From the NCBI RefSeq assembly GCF_009914755.1, contig NC_060927.1: 64,000 nt of DNA; one strand, given 5' to 3'. Position numbers and translations under genes: made by a program. Numbering within the stretch: position 1 is the first letter of the stretch; every line of letters begins with the position of its first letter. This document shows positions 55,315 through 64,000 of the stretch, piece after piece. The DNA comes from the human T2T-CHM13v2.0 reference genome, Homo sapiens. The notes below the pieces were generated by a model. That model saw only the letters and a list, made by a program, of their open reading frames with translations, made no database searches and was not told the DNA's origin.

Positions 55315-58300
55315 ACTCATATGAACTCTGCATAACCAGATGCGTGACTTTGTGGAAGTTATTTAATCTCATTTAGCCTTAGATTCCTCATTGGTCAAAT
55401 GAAAATAATATCTGTCTTATGAGATTGTTGTGAAGAATAATAAGATAATATTTACCTCACAGTTTAGTTATAAGCACAAGGGGTGATTCAATAAATGTCA
55501 GTCATTATCAGTGTCATTTTCTATAACAGGAGTAACAAATAGTTCATGTAAGAAACTGAAATGAGAACTGGAACACAGTATCAAAAATATTCCCCTATCC
55601 TGTCAGGATGCTGTCATTGATTCAAACATTCTGTCATTTATTTCAGGTTAGAACACAGTTTAAGAAAAGCATTGCTTCCTCAAAAGATTATGTCAAAGTG
55701 AAAATAACTAATTGGGAGAAATATTTCTTTTCCATGTATTCAACTTGTTTGTTCTAAATAATCTACTTCAAACTACTGTAAATAAGTTCTTGTTAAAAGT
55801 GTTTTAACTTTTCAAATGGCTACTAATATACGATGTTTTACAGATAAATCTTTGGCATTGGAGGGTTTCCCTAATTGTTCTGATATTTCTTATTCCCGAC
55901 TCCTACCATCCACTTGCTCAGAAGCTCTTCCAACCTCTCTCAAAAAGAGAAAATAATTTGAATGAAAACTCATACTACAAAAGCAACGTTAAAATATATT
56001 TGAGAAAAAATGACTCTCACCCTAGGTCATGCTACAAGTGCTGTACCATTCAATGGCACAAAATTAACTTTTAGCTCTAAGTTCATTACCAAAGAATTCT
56101 AAAGACTAAAGAAAGCATAGGGAAATTAAAAATATTTATAACTATAAACAAAGATAAGAGATTATAATGAGAAAAAATTGTATATAAGGAGATATTTATA
56201 ATATAATTAAAAATTAACCGTATACAATAAAATTTAACTCAAAATAAACCTTTCCCTAAGAATTATAAAATATTTTAAATTCAAACTTAATTCTAGTAAA
56301 TAAACTAAATAAATCCCTACCATTAATTACTACTTTGCATTATGAAACTTTGCTCCCAAAATTTTATGCTAAAATCTTCCACATAAGTTCTGAAGACCAA
56401 AAAAATCCCTACTATTTCATTCTAAAACAATTGGTCCATAATTAGTGAAAATCTAAGTCATTTTTCTCACCTTTCCTTTCAGCAATGCCCATCCAATCAA
56501 TCACTAGATCCTGTCAATTCTTTATTTCCACTATTATAGCCTAGAATCCTAAATAATCTAATTATTTTCAGCCTCTTACCTCTTTCATCCATATTTATGC
56601 TTCAAGAATTACCTTCTATTAAAAAGAAAGGCTCAAAGAATTTCCCTCACCTCCTCAAAAACCTTAGATTGTTTACAGAATAAAATGTATCTCTAAGCAT
56701 AGCATTCAGTCTTTCACAGTGTGGCACAGAACTACAATTAACAGTAATTAAATAAATGTAAAAGGTATTCATTAACTGCCTGATAGGTTCCAGACTCCAA
56801 ACTTGATAGTGGGTTGGTAGTGGTGACAAAGATGAGCTCAACACAGTACCTGTTCTCAAAGAAGCCAGTTTAGTAAGGAAGCAGGTAAGTAAACTAAAAC
56901 TTGTACTGCCATTTAGTTAGTACAAAAAAGGTAACTAACTACACTGTGCTACTAGAATTAGACAGTAAGTCCCAACTCATTGAAAAGTAAAATAGAAATA
57001 TGTTGGTTTTCTGCTTCTGAAAATGATGAAGTAACAGAAATAGCATACACCTCCTGCCTTAAACAACTAAAAATCTAAACAAAATATATAAAATATTTGC
57101 TTGCAGACATTGCACAACAGGCACAGCACAGCAATTGCTGAGAAAAGGAAATTAACAAGGTTATTCCTGCTATTGCTGTAGTATGCTGTCTTGAGAGAGT
57201 TATCAGACCATGACTCAGGGAGGTAGAATCCTAACAGAGATTGTTTTATCTAGGGTCACACTAATAGTGAGGAGTGGAGCTGGGCCTCTGATAGGAACCT
57301 TTCTGACTGCAAAGTCCCCAGAAGTTTTAATTTTTACTCACCTCTACCTTTTTATTTTTTCTTTTACACTATAGAAATCATACTTCAAAATTTAAATACT
57401 AATGCATTCAGTGAATCTCCCCGATCCCAACTGTTCCCAGTCACAGTAAAGATATTACCATCCTCTAAATACTGTATTACTTTGTGTTTACGGTTATATA
57501 ACATTAACTTTCCTGCTATATTTAATAATAATTTTAATGTGAATTAACATTTATTGAAGCCTTACTACATTATTTTATGTTAGTAAGAACACTTAAAATG
57601 AGATCTACCCTCTTAGCAAATTTTAATAGTACAATATTTTTAAGTGTGCAGTATTGTTGACTACAGGTACAATGCTATACAGAAGATCTCTAGAACTTAT
57701 TCATCTGCTTAACTGAAACTTTATGTCCATTAATTAGTAACTTCCCATTTTCCCTTTCCTTCAGCCCTTGGCAACCACCATCATTCTATTCCTTGATTCT
57801 ATGAATTTAATTATTTTAGATACTTCATATAAGTGGAATCATGTAGTATCTGTCTTTCTATGACTGGCTCATTTCAATTAGCACAGTGTCCTCAAGTTTT
57901 AGCCATGTTGTCTCATTGCAGTATTTCCTCTTTTTTAAAGACTGAATAATATTCCACTGTGTATATATACCATTTTCCTTATCCATTCATCCATAGAAGG
58001 ACATTTAGGTTGTTTCCACATCTTGGTCATTGCTAATCTTTTTGAGATCCCGATTTCAATTCCTTTAGATAAACAACAAAGTACCAACAGAAGTAAAGTA
58101 CATCAACATGATAGGCACATATATGAAAAGGCTACATATCAGTTTTCAATGGAAAAAACTGAAAGCTATTCCTCTAAAATCAGCAACACAGCAAGGATGT
58201 TCACTCTCGGCACTTCTATTCTACATAGTACTGGAAGTCTTACCCAGGGCAATTAGGAAAGAAAAAGAAACAAAAGCCATTCAAATTGTAAAGGAAAAAG

Positions 58301-59248
58301 TAAAATTGTCTAGTTGGTAGAGTCTATGCTTTTATATACAGAAAATCCTAAAGACTCCATTAAAAAACTGTTAGAATTAATAAATGAATTCAATAGAGTT
58401 GTAGGACACAAAATCAACAGACAAAATCAGCTGCATTTCTATATATTAACAAGGAACCATCTGAAAAAAAATTGGAAAAACATTCCCATCTAAAATAGCA
58501 CCAAGAAGTATAAAATAGGAAGACAATTAAGGAGATTAAAGATTATATACTGAAAACTACAAAACATTGATGAAAGAAATTCAAGATGGAAGATATCCTG
58601 TGTTCATGGATTGGAAGACTTTAATATTGTTAAAATGTCCATACCCAAAGTGATCTATAGAGTCAATTCTACATTTCTGTAATTCACATGGAACCACAAA
58701 TACCATGAATAGCCAAATCGATCTTGAGAAAGAAAAACAAAGATTGAGGCATCACATTTTATTGCTTCAAAATATATTACAAAACAAAAATAATCAAAAC
58801 AATATGGTTCTGGCATAAAGATAGATATATAGACAAATGAAACAAAATATAGAGCCAAGAAATAAATCTACACATAAATGGTCAACTAATTTTTTACAAG
58901 GGTGTCAAGAATACACAATGAGAAAAGGATAGTCTCGTCAACAAATGGTTCTGGGAAAAACAGCAAAATAATAAAATTGGACCTTTATCTTACAACATAC
59001 ACAAAAATAAACTCAACATCGATTAAAGACTTAAATGTAAGACCTGAAACTAAAACTTTTAGAATAAAACATACAGGAAAAGCTTCATAACATTCATCAT
59101 AGTAATAATTTCATGGCTGTAACATCAAAAGTACAGGCAACAAAAATAAAAATAAACAGGTAAGACTATACATCTTGACTGCACAGCAAACAACATAGTG
59201 AAAAGGCAACCTATGGAATAGAAGAAAATATCTACAAACCTTATATCT

Positions 59249-59595
59249 CAGTGATTCCCAACCTTTCTGGCACCAGGAACTGGTTTTGTGGAAGACAATT
59301 TATCCAAGGACAGGAGGATGGTTTTGGGATGAAACTGTTCCCTCTCAGATCCTCAAGCATTAGTTAGAGCCTTATAAGAAGTCCACAATCTAGATCCCTT
59401 GCATGCACAGTTCGCAATAGGGTTCACACTCCCATGAGAATCTCATGCCACTGCTGATCTGACTGGATGCAGAGCTCAGGCGGTAATGCTCACTGGCCGG
59501 ACACTCACCTCCTGCTGGGCAGTCCAGTTCCTAACAGGCCAGGGACCATTACTGGTCTGCAGCCTGGGGCGTGGCGAGCAGGGGTGAATTCCCTG
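59249..59595 (+). mobile_element. MER1B (hAT-Charlie)
   Basis: cagtgattcccaacctttctggcaccagg...ccctg; 8-bp TSD ttatatct / atatatct. Confidence 0.92.
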
Positions 59596-59706
59596 ATATA
59601 TCTGATAAGGGGTTAATATCCAAAATACATGAAGAACTCCTATAATTTAAGAGCAAAAAGAAAAAAAAAACTAATAATCCAACTTTTAATAATGCACTAA
59701 GGAATT

Positions 59707-60045
59707 TGCTAAGGTCTGAATATTACCCCTCCCCCAAATTCATACGTTGAAACTTAATTGCAATGTGATAGTATTAAGAAGCAGGGCTTTTAGGAGGTGA
59801 TTAAATCATGAAGGCAGATCACTCATGAATGGGACTAGTAATTTTAAAAAGAGATGATGAGCTGTTTGCCCTTCCACAATGTGTGGGCACAGAGGCCACC
59901 ATCTATGAAGAAGAGGCCCTTACCAGATACAAAAACTGCCAGTGCCTTGACCTTGGACTTTCCAGCCTCCAGAACTACGAGTAATAAATTTCTGTTGTTC
60001 ATAAATTACCCTGTATTTCCTTAGAGCAGCCCAGACTAAGAGACA
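59707..60045 (+). mobile_element. MSTD/MLT1A-type MaLR LTR
   Basis: tgctaaggtctgaat...ccaaattcatacgttgaaac...ttggactttccagcctccagaact...aataaatttctgttg. Confidence 0.85.
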
Positions 60046-61063
60046 CTTGAATAAAGATTTATTTAAAGTAGACATACAAATGGCCAAGAGATATATTTAA
60101 AAATATTTAACATCACTTATCATCATCAGAGTAATTCAAATTACAACCACAATGAGGAATTGCCTCACACCTGTCAGGGCTGTTATTAATAAAACAAAAG
60201 ACAAGTGTTGATGAGGATGTAGAGAAATTTGAATCCTTGTACACTGTTGGTAGGAATGCAAAATGGTGAAGCACTATGGAAGATAGTCTGAAGTTTCCTC
60301 AAAAAATTAAAAATAGAACTGTTATACAATTCAGAATTCTCACTTTTAGGTATTTATCAAAAGAAACTAAAATTAGTATCTTGAAAAGAGCTTACCACGG
60401 TATTTCTCTAAATGATGCACTTGTACCAAATCATTTAATCCTCAGGACAACCCAATAGGTACTACTTTTAGCCTCAATTTGTAGATAAGGAAACTGAAAC
60501 CCAGGCTAAATAACTTGCCTGAAGTGAAATAACTAGTGAGTTTCAGAGCAGGAATTCAAAACAGAAAATCTGGCTCCAAAGTCCATGCACATAACCTCAT
60601 TGCTTCCCTATCTGAATCACCTAATAGACTTCTTAAATATAGAGACAATTCATATAACTAATCTTGTTATTTGTATATCTCACACTATCTAGAACAACAT
60701 GTTATTGCTAATAGATATTCTATGTTGTTTTTGATATGAATGAATGAATAAAAGAGCAATATGAAGCTATGGAGGAATAATCACACTGAGTGCTAAGCCA
60801 GAACTCTGGTAAACCATAAACTATATATAAAGTGTGCCTAAAATTCTTTATGAGAAATTATTCTTCATCCTCACAACTCCTCAGAAATTTTATCCACAAG
60901 TAACTAAAGTTTTCACATGTTTCACTCATAGGATCTTCACTCTTAGCTAACTTCAATATTGGAAAATTACAGACGATTATTTTATGTCTATTCTTAATGA
61001 CCATTATGGCACATATTTCATACATTTTAGTCTAAGTATAGAACAACATTATCAGTAAGAATA

Positions 61064-61108
<45 letters not shown>

Positions 61109-61127
61109 GAAGAGTGAGAGAGAGAGT
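61064..61127 (+). repeat. Compound microsatellite (TG)10(TA)12 then GA-rich
   Basis: Direct reading. Confidence 0.95.
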
Positions 61128-61797
61128 GGGGTAGATGATATGGGGGTTGAGGTAGTTGGGAATGAAGAAACCAGCAATGGTAATAACAAGATAATAGAAA
61201 TGAAAACAACTAACATTTTCTCAAACACCTATCAAGAGCTCGGCACCTTATTAGGTCTTTTATGTTAATCATCTCACCTGGTCCTCACAACAACCATGAG
61301 GTAAAAAAAAGTTGAACCCTGAAATTTTGATATTCCTTTTCTTTAACAATAGATTGTATCAAGTGAATTAAAAGAATGTAAAGTGAATAACCATTTTATT
61401 AGAGTTGAAGCTTAAAAGTTATTGGACTGCTATAATACATGAACTACATTTTTTTCAATTAGCGTTTTCACCAACTTTATAAAAAAAGTTATATAAAGGG
61501 CTGACAATCACTATTATTCTGTTTATACTGATACCATCATGAGTTCACATATGTTTAATATTTATTCCACATAAACTTATTTACAAGTTAGTACACTGTT
61601 CACTAAGAAAATATGGTAAAGTTGTCAGATTCTTGAGGTAGGGCACAATAACAAGTGCTAGAATCAACACACTGTATGAATTGCCTTGAATAATCACTCT
61701 AGATGTTCAAGAAGTTTCCACTTACTCTCCAGGGCTAATGAGTATTACATGCAATAATCATAATTAAAACAGAAGTAATGGAAATATGTGCGCATAG

Positions 61798-62175
<378 letters not shown>

Positions 62176-62479
62176 TAAATCACAAATGTTTATCAAGAAG
62201 TTTAAGTTCTGTTCATTAATTTAATTCACTCCATTCTTCGTAAAAACCCTGATATGCTAAACCTTCAATAATTCAATTGCATATTATCCATACTTTAAAA
62301 ATAATTGCTCAAGTGACATATTGCATTACATTACATTACATTATTAATGGATACTAGAAATAGAGTGCCTACAATGTGCTGGGGAAAATATTAGGTGTTT
62401 ACGATATGATCTTATTTATTCTCCATCATTCTAGTTTGGCTTTCTTATCTGCATTTTACAGATGAGGAAAATAGCTCAG

Positions 62480-62790
62480 TGTTACAAACTGAATGTTCAT
62501 GCCCAAATTTATATGTTGAAACTATACCCCCAATGTAATGCCACTAGCAGATGGGGCTTTTGAGAGGTAACTGGGATTAGATAAAGTCATGAGGTTTATG
62601 GGATTAGTACTCTTATAAAAGAGACCCCCAAGAGCTAGCTTGATCTCTTTCTACCAGAAACACAATGAAGAGTTAGCAGTCTGCAGCCCAGAAGAAGGTC
62701 TTCACCAGAACTCAACCGTGCTGGCACTCTGATCTTGGACTTCCAGCCTCCAGAACTGTGAGGTTACAGCAGCCCAAATTGACTAAGACA
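62480..62790 (+). mobile_element. MLT1A0-like LTR inserted in a MIR
   Basis: tg...ca termini with perfect 5-bp TSD ctcag (62475-62479, 62791-62795); MIR - halves on both sides. Confidence 0.88.
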
Positions 62791-62859
62791 CTCAGAATAA
62801 GCTGTCCATGGTCTTACAAAGATCAAACATTGTACTAGAAGGGGAACTCAAATCCACCT

Positions 62860-63570
62860 TGGGCTACCACAAACAATAAGAAAATTTTGCAAAATAGGAG
62901 ACTATAAAGTTAACATACAAAAATCAACAGCCTTCCTACACAGAAACAAATGCCAGCTAGAAAATATAGAAGAAAAGAGCCTGTTTAGTATAGTAAGGCT
63001 GTAAGAAAGTAAGCAAGTAAATAAATAAGTGGATGCAATACCAAAAGGCAGACTTAATAATAAATGTTTAAACCTAAAGCCAAAAGGAAAATTAGAACAT
63101 TTCAGCAAGATACAACAGTTACTGAGCAAATGGAAATAAAAAACAGATTCTTGGATAAAAAGATTCACCCTCATAAGAACATTAATTGTTGTGATGTTAA
63201 TTCATAAATTCCTTATAATTTCAATAGAAATGCCATCAGGGATTTTCTTTTTCCTCAAGATCTGCTAGTTGATTATAAAGTTCACTTGGAATAACAAGTA
63301 TGCAAGAAAAGCCAGAAAACACTGAAAAAGAGTAATGGTAGAAGCAGGGAGGGAAGCTAACATTTCAGATATAAAAACAAGTTATAAAGCTTCTATAATT
63401 AAAATAATGTGATAATATCACATGCATAGACAGGTCAATGGCACAGAATAGAAGAATATAGAAATACATCTGACTGTATAGAAAAACTTACTATAGGATA
63501 TCATGCAAGTACTAGAAGAAACATTGATGAATTCCCTTACAAACTGGCACTGGGAAAACTGTTTCTAATT
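62860..63570 (+). mobile_element. Decayed old L1M ORF2 fragment
   Basis: aacatacaaaaatcaacagccttcctaca...ttcttggataaaaagattca...tgattataaagttcacttgga. Confidence 0.7.
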
Positions 63571-64000
63571 ATGCTTCAATGTGATAATATCCAAGAAAGT
63601 CAACTAAACAACTGGGTATTAAAGGCAAATACCTCTTTTTATCAAATAATCATCATTCTCTGGATTCTATGTAAAGCAATATCTAAAACAACCCTGGGAA
63701 TCACATAAATCTCAAAATTGTTGAGTAGAACAAACTTTAACAGTTTCTCTTCCTTCATCATCATTTTTAAACCCCAGCAGAAAGATCACAGTAATATAAC
63801 CAAAACCTAAAAGAGCCTAAAACACACATCTGTAGGGTTTGGTTGGAAATAAACTACACTATCCTATATCCAGTTCATATCTAAGACTTTTCCTTGCATT
63901 TCAGTACGATGCTGCTTACTTTTTAAGAAGGATTACAATCCTTGAATATCTCAATCCACAATTTATATTTAAAAATGCATAAGTAATTTCTATGTGCTAG

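Larger units (their letters stand above)
57570..60388 (-). mobile_element. L1MB1-like insertion with 5' inversion (- strand 3' end 57570-58074; inverted ORF2 58075-60388), inside a MIR
   Basis: gtaagaacacttaaaatgagatctaccctcttagc is an L1MB1-type 3' end in reverse; + strand ORF2 follows; MIR - strand halves at ~57525-57568 and ~60390-60610. Confidence 0.85.

Overview
AT-rich, CpG-depleted primate (most likely human) genomic DNA, intronic or intergenic in character. I recognise no protein-coding gene, rRNA, tRNA or CRISPR array, and the ORF track is almost entirely noise or Alu/L1/MaLR-derived. Much of the window is interspersed repeat: 8 Alus, several L1 fragments, HAL1, many L2/MIR, CR1/L3 relics, 7 MaLR solo LTRs and DNA-transposon MITEs (MER33, MER5A, MER1B, Tigger4/MER46-like, one hAT-like element). 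Subfamily names come from recalled consensus features and boundaries are approximate. Unique sequence suggests (inference) a + strand transcript ending near 4.35 kb and a spliced - strand transcript over much of the rest. Candidate - strand exons lie at about 50.6, 50.1, 39.2, 29.5, 28.6, 25.3 and 7.0 kb. Most are non-coding, but one is a fully open 258-nt exon starting with ATG. The best leads are this exon chain, a THE1C LTR with intact DUX4 motif, TATA and splice donor pointing into it, a trimeric AluSc, a twin-primed L1MB1 nested in a MIR, and an ancient CR1 relic in the putative 3' UTR. I see no convincing evidence of a wholly new biological system.
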